Assembly (NCBI GenBank): GCA_002811645.1
Contig: PDIP01000020.1
Location: forward strand, 1 to 64,000
From: Corallochytrium limacisporum Hawaii
Lineage: Eukaryota; Protista; Pluriformea
Direction of reading: 5' to 3'
Length of the DNA: 64,000 nucleotides
The position numbers and the translations under genes were made by a program. Below, piece by piece: positions 22,203 to 33,650 of the stretch (position 1 is its first letter; every line of letters begins with the position of its first letter). The notes beneath the pieces were generated by a model. That model made no database searches, was not told the origin of the DNA, and was given only the letters and a program-made list of their open reading frames with translations.

Positions 22203-25200
22203 GTTGTGCTTGTGTTTTTCGTGTGTTTATATGTTGGATAGTTTGTACCCTATGGAAATTGTCCCGAAGGCATGCGCGTTGCGGTTGATGAAAGATTGTT
22301 TTCGACATCCAACTGCAGCATTTGATCGTTTAAATACCACGGTGTTTGGTTCCACTTTCGTCACGTTGTCACAAGGCGTTCTCGTTTTGTGCTTCATCGT
22401 AACCATAAGGTGAACACGAGATAGCACCAGCGCGTTTGGTCTCCCACCTCACCCGATTTTGCCTGCACCGATCACCGCTCCCTAGGCTATAGCGGGAGCA
22501 CCCCTTACCCACGTCGCGGTAGGGAAAGGGGGGGGGGATAGGGGGGAGAAAGGGGAGAGGGGGAAAGGGGTATGGGGTCGGGGATTTGACTATAATGAGA
22601 CGGGGGACCCTATTAGGGTACTACCGAAGAGGGAACGGTGGAGCCAAGAGAGAACAGAAGCAGGTGCGAGTGCGCCGGGCCAATGGCCCTCAGCGAACCA
22701 GTTCTGTTCTGTGTCAAGCTCTAAAGTCTGCATGTCCAGGATTGACAGCCAGAAGGAATGCAGAATTGGGGGGCAAAGTGTGCGGACGGAAACTTCCAAC
22801 CCATGTTTTACCTCTCCCGCCCCGCCGAGAAAGAAGAACGATCCATTGTACAGCCGTGCCCATCGTTCTGATCGACCTTTTTGTCATTATTCTACGGCGG
22901 GGTACCGGGAACGAAACCCGTCCTCCACCCACACTCAATCTCTTTGCAACTGAGGTCACTCGAAAATGATATTCGATTCTCTAAATCATGTCCGCCTTCC
23001 TTCAGTTGCATGTTTTCATATCCAATGTATGGCGGAAATCAAGCGAAAGCGTGTATTGAGTGTGGGCTTTAGCGATCTGTGGGTGTAGAGTGAGAGTCAC
23101 GGGACGTTTTCTAAAGGCGAAGAGATGAATCCCGCTCGTCCGAGTGGCCTACATTGACTCTAAATGGCTCCCTAGAACCCGATTTAGTAAGTGGAAGAAG
23201 CGGCAGGGCAATTTGGACAGTAGAGTTGTTATATCTCCAGAATCATGAAAGTGCCCGAAACAACGGGGAGGAGAGACCTGAGGAGGGAGGGAGGGGGAGA
23301 GGGGGGTGGTAAAAAAAATATTGAAAGACCAACTGATTTGGCCTGATCCGTCCATCACACGCACCGAATGGGATGTAGATGGTAGAACGGGAGGGGGGAA
23401 GGGAGGAGGAGACAATATAAGAAAAATTTTGTCGATTACGACGCGACTTCTAAGTGTTTTTTTGCACTATCGTTGGCCTTAAGCAGTACTGGGAGTTTAA
23501 GTCACAGGTACTTCGCCTCGTTTTAAATTCCAAGGTATTCCTTTGAGCGCGCGAGGCCACCCGAAGCTGTAACCAAAACTTTGGTGAAATTTGTTGTTAA
23601 AAAAAAATGGGTGAGTGGGCACTTGACCATTTCTAGTCCACCCGGGCATGCCAATATTTAGAGTTTGACTGGTGGCTCAATCGGCTAGCATACAAGGCCG
23701 GGGACTCAATATAGATGAAGACCCGGTTGCCGTGCGCTGCTTGCGGACGTGTTTATCGATAGCGGGAGCGGCAGCTCCTTTTTTGGTTCGCAGCTTGGGC
23801 CTTAACCCTTTTTTTTCCATAGCGTGTTTTCTGCGCGCTTGGGCCACCGCACACACACCGTTCAAAGTTTTTCCTTACTCCCGAAGCCGCGTGTCACGAG
23901 AGGGCGGGTTGTATCAGTACCACACCGGTGCTGCGGGCTGGCGAGCGGAAGAAACAAAATTTCACCAGCGCGAACCCTCAACAACGTCGGTCCCCCCTTC
24001 CTGGGTCGTGCTGTCTGTCCTTCCCGGCGGGGTCCAATGTACGGCGTCGTCGCCCACGCCGGCACAACATTGTACTACCTGGCCCCCACCCCGCCGAGAG
24101 AGGGGGGAGGAGGAGGTTACCGGGTGTAATGGCACTACATCTGTGTGCCGGCTGGTTTGAGGGCGGAGAAAATCACGAACATGTACAATAGTGCTTCACT
24201 CCCGGCAAGTATCCAGATGGTGGAAGGTACCACCATTTTTGGTTGGCAGAATAGATCGGACGGCGCTTTCCCAAATCTACTCGAGGGGGGGGGGGAGCCG
24301 AGTGGTGCTGCCTCCCTTCCCAGCAACCCTCGTCCACTCTTGTTTCAATTCACTCCTGAAAGTCTCCACTGCAAGGTTTGTATGAACACATAAAGTACTG
24401 TACAGACAGGTTGTGAACATGATAAGGTATCAAGAGACCTATTTTCACTGGTCAGCTGGTCGACTCTGGTCGGCTGATGTCTCCGAACGGCAATTGCTAC
24501 AGCGGAGACAGAAATGGATCCGCGACGACTAAGCAACCCAACCCGACGGAAGCAAAGGCCTACTATTTATTGATGACCTCTGTAAGTGTATAGTCAATGT
24601 ACGGATATTTTATGCGATCGAGAGGTACCATAGATGGTCAGTTTTATGAACTACTTGGCTGTGCTGTTGCCAGCTTATTGGGGCACTTTATCAACGCTGG
24701 CAGACAAGGCAAGTAGATAGGATGCTTTGACCATCTGTAGACTACCTGCACTTAGCGACACCCCATGCTTCTCCAGCGATTCCTGCCGGTGAACCCCGCC
24801 AACCGTTCATGTGCGAACTGACGAGGCCAATTCCTCAGACCCCTAACAGACAATGGATTGTCCTTTTATTTTCCTTTCTCTCTATTCAGTGTGTAATATA
24901 TGTCCTTCGCTTTAGCAGGTTGGTAAATCTATACAGATTTTGGACAAAACATTGGTCTTCTTATTGGCAGTTTCTGCCCATTCCGCGTGCCAAAGGTTTT
25001 CGTTCGCCAAATGCATAAGCCCGGGGTGGGCGGGCAATGTTCTCTCGGACATGCTGCCACGATAGCGTAGAAGTCAAAAAAGATGTGAAAGTAACTAATG
25101 GATCCGTTGCGAGCAACCATTCAGGAGCCTTCTGTCAGAAACGATACATGCTTGCGTGCAGGAGCGTTGTGTGAACTTCCACAGCAACCGACATGCCGTA

Positions 25201-28200
25201 GTCAACCGCGGTGCATGCCGCAAAGTTTCAACCGTTCACGTTCTACAGACCGTAGGGAGAATGTGCCAGAGTTTTTCCTTTCCTCTTGTAGGAGTCATCA
25301 GACAATGTCAAGATGTCAAGGGCCGACCTCGAAAACACACAGAGTGCGTGGTGTCTCTGTTGTTTGGGTTGTCCATATCCTCATCTGAAGCAAATTCTGA
25401 ACGCACTTTCTGTGCCAGGATGTAACAGCATGGGTACACTCTCCGTACTTGAGATACCCCACCGATCAGAACTACGAGACCCAAAGCTTCATTTGTCTCT
25501 GTCTGTACGTGTCCGTCGTCCGCGGAGGTTGGTATCGCAAACCAAGAACCATGTAGAACGCGGTGTATCTAGTGCGCACGGGCAATTGCCCAAAAATGGT
25601 CAACGAATTTTTTCCTACCCCATTGCCCAGTCCCTTCTCACTCTTTTCTTTGTTCTTCTGTGTTCCACACGCGCGGGCCCCCCACCCCTTTTTCCCTATC
25701 TGTTTCTTCCTGCCGGGTGACGATGCGCCAGTGCGTGCGCTGAATGTACCAGAGTTTGCAGGTGAACACTTCCCATTTCGTCCCATCTGCCATCTTTCCT
25801 TGTCTTTTATTCTTTTGATGCGTACGAGATCATGTTGGAGGAGTCTGGTGTCTATCAAGTTCGTGTTGGTTCTCCCCTCCTGTCCGCGTCACGTCTTTGC
25901 AATCGGTGGAGAAAAAGAAATGAACTGATAAAGTGCTTTCACAAGCGGCTCTTGGTAGTGGCCAGCGAGGTTTGGTATTCTGCAGGTCATGACCATGGAA
26001 ACTATATTTTTTATTTCCCAAAACTCGTGCTCGCGCGCTTTGCCGCAAGCTCGGGACCTAATACCCATTTTATCCGTGTTTCCAGGTGCCAAAGCTCAAA
26101 AGAGTATTGGGCCGGAACAATACTGCCACAGCAGACATATATGCCTCGCGTCTTGCACGAACAGAAGGCGAATAAAACGCAAAGATTCCTTTGCCGGGAC
26201 CAAACAAACTACGACAATCTTCAACACGAACATCCACAAGCGGACGTCCCGGTTCCCGATACTCTCACTTCTCGCTTCCTTTGACTCATTGTCCATTCCT
26301 CGGTTCCACTGAAAACAAACAAAAGCAGTAACAGGATTTGTAGGACCAGAAATCTGGTCGTCCAGCCTCGCAAAATTCTGTGCAGTCTTGCCAGTTCTCT
26401 CAATTTTTTCCTTCTCCGCATCTCCGGGGCCTACTCTCCGGCAAGGAATGCCTTTCGCGGAGAATGACCCGCAGGGAGCTATCATTTCTGATCTAGGACC
26501 GTGAGTGCACTTGGGGACTTTAGACATTCACCAAGTAAGCAGGCTCACTTTGTGTTTCACAGGTGGAGGGTCATGAATGCCAATGAATACAGTTTTCCGC
26601 TTCAAGTTTTTTCACCATCATCTTCTGTTTAACTAATTTGGGAAACATGCCGGCTCTAAAAAGGAAGGGTATATTGCTGTCGTACGGTCTGTGGCATGTT
26701 GCGTCAGTTGGTTTAACATGTAACGAAGCGAAGATACGAATTCAAACACTGAAATCATCCCTCGAAACGGCTCGCCCATGCCCTTGTCCACAGGGGCAAA
26801 CTGCATCTTTTGCTTTACAAAACCCGCCATCGTGAATCCCTTACCGATTTGGACGTTTAATACATTGACGTGTCCGTCAACACGTAAACAAACCACGCAC
26901 CACAATTGATAAATCAAAGAGTACCCATGCGAACATTTGAAGGACTGTTTTGTGTGTCTTAGTTTGGATGTTGGAGGATGATCAGCGGGAACATTAAGTG
27001 GGGCGTAGACTCACGGTACACAGAAATACATGGCAATGGGAAGGTACGACAGGCAGAGTCAATCATTAAGGAGCTGGATTCCTGCAAAGGGTGCTAAGAA
27101 TCTCATGCACACGCAGAGTACTGGTATGTTCACACCCAATTTCGCATGCATCCGCTCCGTTGACCATATTGGCTCCATCTCTGTCACGTACATGGTCATG
27201 CAATTGTGGTAGCCATGCTAAACATGTACATATACCCAGGCCTTTTTAAAATACTGGGTCGTAAATAGCCCGCATTGGATGGTGGGTAGACCTGTGCTTG
27301 GTTCATCTTGGCCGGACACAACAAAACGCGTTCTCAGCATTAAACGGCCTCCATTTAAGGGGCTCAAGTTGGTAGTTGACGTGCGGCGGAGTGGGTTTGT
27401 ATGCACATTCTTTATTAGCAGACCCCAGTCGTATATACGAATGGTGCTCGAATCCTGACCGTCTCATCTTACAAGATAGGCGGCCAAAATTCATCTGTGA
27501 CCCATCGAATCCTACAGCCCTGTTCCCATACTTCCTCATCTGCGCATCAATCAAAGGTTCGATCGTGCGTGCGCTCACTCGTGGAACCAACCGAAATATT
27601 TGTAGACTGTCCAGAAATTCAATTTCATTGTCAATAAGCAGCGGGGTAGGTCGGGGGTCTTGGTTGTAGGTTTCAAGACTGCCACACGTTAGCCACTACC
27701 AAGAAGGTCAGTGCATTCCATTGCTCGCAATCACTACCATCGGTTGGTGTACACGGATGTCCTCGGTGTGCGCTTTGACCAGCCGCAGCTCTCCGCGTGC
27801 TGCGAAGTAAACATCTGCTGCTTGGAGCCCAAGAATCCCGAAGGAAAGACACGAACACAAACACTTTGCCTCTCCCATGGACTTCTGCGATACCAGTCCC
27901 TCTCTCTCTATCAATGACTAGATCGGATAAACTGATAAATGGCGGACCTTGTCTCGCACCGCACACAGGGCTGACATACGAAAGGAAGTGAAAAAAAGGC
28001 AGCCGGTGTGGTTGATCCACAAAACGTGCTTGTCCGTTACCTCTCAGAAACCATCGACGACGAGGGTGTATTGGGTCTGGGGGCATCCACACGCGGTCCT
28101 GCAAGACCAGCACTCTTCGCGTAGGGGGCGCCTGGGACTTCGGGAGCCGGAGTGGCAAACCACCACCGCTCGATCGCAGTCATTTAGAGCGTGCCAATTT

Positions 28201-29504
28201 GGGGACTGGAAAGGACGGAAGCGTCAAAGAGATTGCTGCTTCTGAGTGGCACACTAGCACTCGGTTCTTGTGAGCTGGCTGGACAGTCAATTTTGGGACC
28301 ACCAGCTGCTCGCGGACTCGCGAAGGAAAGACGCAGTCTTCCTGTGAACCTGGCGATATTTTTTTTCGGCCCCTCTCCGCACGAAATCCACTCTTCGGTT
28401 TCTGTTCCCTACGAAGATAGTCGCATCTCCCCTGCGGCAGAGCGGACCAAGTGTAGACATCGCAGGTCACAGGAAAGCTGTGATCACGCGTATGGACGGC
28501 GAATGTTCTTCAAGTCTTGAAGAAACTTCTCATACCCTTCAACCACCTTACCATTTAGGACGCACCCCAGAGGCAGCCAGTTTTCCGAGAACCAGACATC
28601 GGTGGGCTATCCTTGGTTGATACGCCCTTTTCGGCACTGCACATATCTGCTACCCCTGCTGCGCATGACACTCGATCGCGCGCACAGTTCACTCACCGGT
28701 CACCCATGTCCGCCCCCACCATTGGTCCCCATCATCCATCATCCAGCTACAGGTGACGCTAAAGGATTGCTGTGCTGATTGCTGTTGCTATACATAAACG
28801 ACCAAAGAACACGACATCGTCGTGGTCGTCATCGGCCACAGTAAAGGCCTTCCTTCTCGCATTGGTGCACTGTCTACTCAAGAACGCGGTTTGCTCCATC
28901 AGGAGCGATAGATTGTACCAGTTGTAGCATCTTTGTTGGCTGGCGATCATACGCACAGGGGTGACACTCAAGAGGCAACGCGGGCAGAGTTGGAGACAGG
29001 GCATTTGCATGACAGGAATGATGATGACCAAATGCCTACACACCTTCCTGAATGCGATGATCTCCTTCCCCGCGCGTCGCTAAGCCGTTGACTCGTGGTC
29101 TTTCACTTAATCTGGTCAGAGAATGACAATGAATGAGCACGGAAGGGAAACAGATAGTGACACCCAGAGCTCCCCGCACAGCTGTCCAAAGGGCTTGTAG
29201 GTCTAGTACAATGCGAGACATGTAACTTGCTTCATCTGAACTGCGCAACTTCTGATGGGCATTTGTCCCGACGTGGTTAAAGCACAGCCGTATATTGTTT
29301 CTCCTTGCCCCCTTACTGACTGGTACAATTTGCCTATGCTGCAGTTCCGGCTGTGGTGTTGGTGCCCTACTGTGACTGTTGATTTTGTTACACACCAAAT
29401 CGTGCTGTAGCTATTTCAGTACGATACTAGATGGAGTACATGAATTATACTTCTCTTTCCCATTGCGGAGGCTTCGGGATCGAACAAATGGTAGGATTAC
29501 AACC

Positions 29505-29681
29505 ATGACAGAAGCTGATGAGCAGTCCGCCCGGGAGCTGCTCACTGTCGTGCGCAGCTTCACGGAAAATTATCGCCTCATGAACGCGCAAGCCAAACGC
29601 ATGTTGGAGAACGAACCAATTCTGCGTGAGTTGGAAGAAGAACTTTTGGCACGGCAGCGTGGACATCGCATAAAGAAATGA
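29505..29681 (+). CDS. 58-aa helical microprotein of unknown function
   Basis: ACAACC-ATG start context resembles that of SOS and the Sec23/24-like gene; the product is amphipathic and charged; convergent with NSL1. Confidence 0.5.
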   Translation: MTEADEQSARELLTVVRSFTENYRLMNAQAKRMLENEPILRELEEELLARQRGHRIKK

Positions 29682-29774
29682 GTGAGACCGACATTTCGCC
29701 ATCTAACAACATACATACACTAAGACACATTAAAGAAGTATTTGATCAAGAAGTCACATATTGGAAAAGTCTGT

Positions 29775-30578
29775 TTAGTTCTTGGTAGCTGATCGCGTCA
29801 CGCGCTTCTGAATGTTAGTGTCAGCAGCGCTCAGTGGCCGCTTACGACTTGTGCCGGGTGTGCTGCGAGTGGAGCGGACGGTATGGAACTTGGACGCAGA
29901 CTTCGGTTCTTCGGCAGCCTGTGCCTGTTCGAACCGTTCGTCGACATCCCGGGCAATGCCCGCAATCAGCACTTCCGTGGTGTTGTCCAGATCTCCATGC
30001 TCACGCAGCTCCTTGAGGCGAGAAGCCTTCTCAAAAATCTTCTGCTGCTCGGTAACCAGCTTGGAAGTGTTGCGGCTGAGGTTTGCCAGCTTCTCTTCGA
30101 CCATGGTCTGGAAGTCTTCGTCCTCCTCTGGAGCAATATTTTCAAGGCTCATGCCTTCCTTCAGCAGCATCTTGCCCTCAACATTAACCTTACGATTTCT
30201 GTACAATTCCAGGTAGAGATCCCGAATAGTGTGCACAATTTTTGTGGCTTTGAACTCGTTGGCGAGCACTCGTTCACTCAACTGCTTAGCCAGGTCCTCT
30301 GCTTCGTTCACCAGATCTTCATCCAAGGCTTCAGGAACAGCCTGTCCTTCTGCAACAATACCCTCCTGGCTCCAGTCTTCTCCACGCACCGTGATGTTGC
30401 GACCCAAGACCTCAAACGCATGATCGATTGCTTCGTGCGTCTTGGACTTGCTAAGCCTCCGCACTTCGAACGCTTTGGCGCCGTGTGTTTCAAAATATTT
30501 ATCGCTCTGTACCTTGAATTCCTCCTTCAAGGCGAGGATCCGGCCGTAGCTTTTCCTATCGACCTTAATTCCGTCCAT
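29775..30578 (-). CDS. NSL1: Nsl1/Mis14-like kinetochore MIS12-complex subunit
   Basis: IDHAFEVLGRNITVRGEDW resembles the Nsl1 motif F....NISINGxxW. It is followed by EALDEDL, a coiled coil and a basic tail; the size is typical. Confidence 0.65.
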   Translation of the reverse strand: MDGIKVDRKSYGRILALKEEFKVQSDKYFETHGAKAFEVRRLSKSKTHEAIDHAFEVLGRNITVRGEDWSQEGIVAEGQAVPEALDEDLVNEAEDLAKQLSERVLANEFKATKIVHTIRDLYLELYRNRKVNVEGKMLLKEGMSLENIAPEEDEDFQTMVEEKLANLSRNTSKLVTEQQKIFEKASRLKELREHGDLDNTTEVLIAGIARDVDERFEQAQAAEEPKSASKFHTVRSTRSTPGTSRKRPLSAADTNIQKRVTRSATKN

Positions 30579-30888
30579 TGTGGATGCGAAATTGTTAGCG
30601 ATTCTTGCTGGTGTACTATTCTCCTTTGACTATCCAAGAGCGGTGCGGAGGTTTACATAGTTTTGACAGGTTTGATATAGCTCGTTCCCAGTATTTTAAG
30701 GCTGTAATCGCGAGCTCCCATCCGCACGCCAATGAATTGACTGCGGGTGAACACAGCGATGCACAGAGAACGGAAGCAAACCAACTGCGGTGAAAAGTAC
30801 AATGAAAAATGAGCAGTTCTGCATTAGACTGACCGCCGCGCAAGGGATGCCAGTGATTGGAACACTCCCCTTCCCTCCTGACAGAACA

Positions 30889-30900
30889 TTTCCCGCCAAA
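30889..30900. promoter_or_regulatory. Canonical dyad E2F-type site TTTCCCGCCAAA upstream of NSL1
   Basis: Matches TTTSSCGC on one strand and TTTGGCGG on the other, about 310 nt upstream of the ATG. Confidence 0.45.
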
Positions 30901-31326
30901 ATCTCACAGGCGTAGGGGTAGTAGCTAGGTCCGGAGAAATCTCCAATCAACAAATCAATTTTCTGTGTTCATTCTTGAGGTATTGTAAATCAAATAGCAA
31001 TATTTTTCATGCGAACTAAATACATGATATACTTAAACCGTTTAGTGATTGCTCATTGATTGAAAGCTGGACCCACCGTAGACACCGGACCTAGTGCCTG
31101 GCTTGGAATTGCTGGGCCAGCCAGCCAGTCCCCGTGGTCCTGTTGCATGTCATCACCAAAACAATCCGGGAATATGTACTGAGTAGGTACTGTTCATATA
31201 ACGTGAGGTATCATTTATAGTAATAAAACGTGATTGAGGTCTGTGGGTTGTTGAGCGCAGCTCCTCACTCGCAGAAACTTCAATGCTGTTGCAGCGGATA
31301 TGGTGCTCACTGTGTGGCCTCTCGTT

Positions 31327-31668
31327 TCAGTTGATATCCTCACCAGTCAATGGGTTAAAGGTGTTCCCTTTGACATACACTCGAGCTCCTCGCTCTTGAA
31401 TCTTCAGGCTGAACATCTCGTCACGCTGCTTCAGAGATTCACCGGTGGCACCGTTGCAGTACTCATCCGTGATCGGGTTGTATCCCGCCGCAGCCAGGCG
31501 AGTTGATTTCTGTTCCCGGCGAATGGAGACCTTCTGTTCCTCTAGAGCAATGCGCTCCGCATCCATTTCCTTGAAATGGATCTCTTTGTTTACGATACGA
31601 CGGCGTTGGACGGAGCGAGAATGCTCCTTACGAGCACGTTCTGCCGCTTGCTGGGGGGCAAAAAGTAA
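31327..31668 (-). CDS. Helical protein with two NP(I/L)T motifs; 5' end unresolved (frameshift, intron or internal ATG at 31566)
   Basis: Open frame of 113 codons reading QAAERARKEHSRSVQRRRIV...GYNPITDEY...FNPLTGE. Confidence 0.6.
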   Translation of the reverse strand, partial: LLFAPQQAAERARKEHSRSVQRRRIVNKEIHFKEMDAERIALEEQKVSIRREQKSTRLAAAGYNPITDEYCNGATGESLKQRDEMFSLKIQERGARVYVKGNTFNPLTGEDIN

Positions 31669-31802
31669 CTATAATTTGGTTCTGCGAACAACCACTCTCT
31701 TTCGTCATGGAAGAAGCATGTATACAATATCAACATGGCCATATATTTGAAAATTGGTCATTTCTAACATTAGGATAGCTTTAATAGACAAAGTGACGGA
31801 CG

Positions 31803-33650
31803 TCAGGCAGCCTTCTCCTTGTTCTTGAGGATACGGGCACCCATAGGTTTGAGTCCCATGAGTCGTCGGCGTTCCGAGTCCATTATGGTTTCCTTAGCCC
31901 AAGCGCTCAAAAACTGACCAAGACAGAGTTTGATGGCTACCGCACAGAGCCATCCGATTAGAGCTGTGAAGCCAATATCATAGAGATCGACTTCCAAGCC
32001 AGTAATGTGACCCATTGTCCGGATCACGACACACACCAGAGGAATGGGCACAAAGCCCAGCTGTTGCAGGGTCAAGTCGTACAGATCGGTGTACTCACGG
32101 TGGTGTTCCGGCGGCATCAACTGCTGGAAGGAAACCTCCAACGCAACTTCATGCATGCGTGTTTCGTAGACTTTCAGGGGCACGTTGTTAAAGCGGGAGA
32201 TGAAGGAATGCTTCACTGTATCGACAACAATTTCTGACACGAGAATTCCAACCAGAGCCGCTAGCAGATCCTTAAAGTAGTCGTAATCCCAGCCCATTTC
32301 CGAAAGATTGCGCAGCGTGATTAATACGAAGAAAACCAGGAGGTTGTGTCGCTCAAGAACATCATGATTCAACATCTTCTTGATATTCTCTTCCTTGAAT
32401 GACTTGAACACATGACTCTTCAATTCCACGAACTGATTGGAAATCATAAGAGTCATGAGGGAATTGTTGTGCGAGTTCAAGGCTACGTTTAATGTCATCA
32501 CTTGGAAGAACAGAATAAACGCATGCAGTACCTGGACGATTGCTGCCCACACAAACATTCCCAAGAAAGAGGTTGCCTCCAGGTTTGATTGGTGCCGTGA
32601 CACACCGCGAAAGATTTCGTCAATTGAATCCCGATTAATGTCACGGAATAGTTTCTCCATGACTTCCAGCATATTGAAAATGACGTACAACTTCAGCAGA
32701 CTCTGTCCCCGAATCATGTGGTACATGATCGACGGATCTGTGAAATAGTACAGTGTCGTCGTCCCGCATGCAATCAACAATACTCGCAAAATATCGCAGA
32801 TGCGCACTACTGGTAGTTGGCGCAGCAGGAGGGTTTGTGTCACAGCCCACAGAGTTCGCACGGGAAGCACGGTGAAGATAGACAAGAAGACATCAAGGCA
32901 CAAGAGGGTGGAGAAGAGCAAGTACTTCTCTAACTTTACAAAGACCTTGAAGAAACTCTCCATGATCGGCGGGCCCGCGTCGACACTATCCCGATGGTAA
33001 TCATAAGCAAGGAACTCCGACAGAATGTAGTACCTGAATTTCATCTTCTGCGGATTAATTTCACCCTTAAGCAAGGCTTCCAGATTTTCATGTCCCGCAG
33101 TCGCAACCTTGCGCTTACTGCTCTTCTTCTTCTCACGTTCCTCATCTTTCTCGATCCGCTTGATAGTAGTGTTCCCGTCTACCCCATCTTCCGTATCCAG
33201 GAAGGTATTCTGGAGCCTTTTGTCCACTTTGTCAACTCGTGTGGGCGACGGAGATCGAACACGACGATTAGAGGCGTTCTCTCCAGGAGTACGCTCTGCG
33301 CTTGTGCTACGCTGAACCTGTGCGGGAGATTTGGTCGGCAAACGCACAGTTGTGGGATCTGGAGACCGAGGCTGTTCGAATCTTGACTTTCGTTCTTCAC
33401 TCATGGGGGAAGGACCCATTGGAGTTGCAAATACATCCTTTTCCTTCTTCTTACCGCTTTGAATGTGGTTCTTTGTTTTACCATTTGCAAGCGGCCTGAC
33501 GTCCAGCTCAGGCACTACCTGCTCCCTGCTACCCTTCTTCTCGTCCTGGGTCGCGAGGTCAGGCGCACCTTTGTATTTGGAGCCCGTATCCGGTAGGCTT
33601 AAAGTGGGCGACAGCCTACCCCCAGTGTCTAGCTTATCTCCTATGGTCAT
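31803..33650 (-). CDS. TAPT1: TAPT1/Emp65 (DUF747) ER multi-pass membrane protein
   Basis: MYHMIRGQSLLKLYVIFNMLEV, TLNVALNSHNNSLMTLMISNQFVELKSHVFK, SEIVVDTVKHSFISRFN, LGFVPIPL. Confidence 0.95.
   Translation of the reverse strand: MTIGDKLDTGGRLSPTLSLPDTGSKYKGAPDLATQDEKKGSREQVVPELDVRPLANGKTKNHIQSGKKKEKDVFATPMGPSPMSEERKSRFEQPRSPDPTTVRLPTKSPAQVQRSTSAERTPGENASNRRVRSPSPTRVDKVDKRLQNTFLDTEDGVDGNTTIKRIEKDEEREKKKSSKRKVATAGHENLEALLKGEINPQKMKFRYYILSEFLAYDYHRDSVDAGPPIMESFFKVFVKLEKYLLFSTLLCLDVFLSIFTVLPVRTLWAVTQTLLLRQLPVVRICDILRVLLIACGTTTLYYFTDPSIMYHMIRGQSLLKLYVIFNMLEVMEKLFRDINRDSIDEIFRGVSRHQSNLEATSFLGMFVWAAIVQVLHAFILFFQVMTLNVALNSHNNSLMTLMISNQFVELKSHVFKSFKEENIKKMLNHDVLERHNLLVFFVLITLRNLSEMGWDYDYFKDLLAALVGILVSEIVVDTVKHSFISRFNNVPLKVYETRMHEVALEVSFQQLMPPEHHREYTDLYDLTLQQLGFVPIPLVCVVIRTMGHITGLEVDLYDIGFTALIGWLCAVAIKLCLGQFLSAWAKETIMDSERRRLMGLKPMGARILKNKEKAA

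Noticed and set aside
25832-26284. LLSASRLCNRW, reminiscent of an F-box end
   Set aside because: The LPxEI start of the motif is absent and the spacing is wrong.
26978-27270. TQFRMHP resembling the Upf1-like helicase motif QYRMHP
   Set aside because: Isolated between stops, with no other helicase motifs at the expected spacing.
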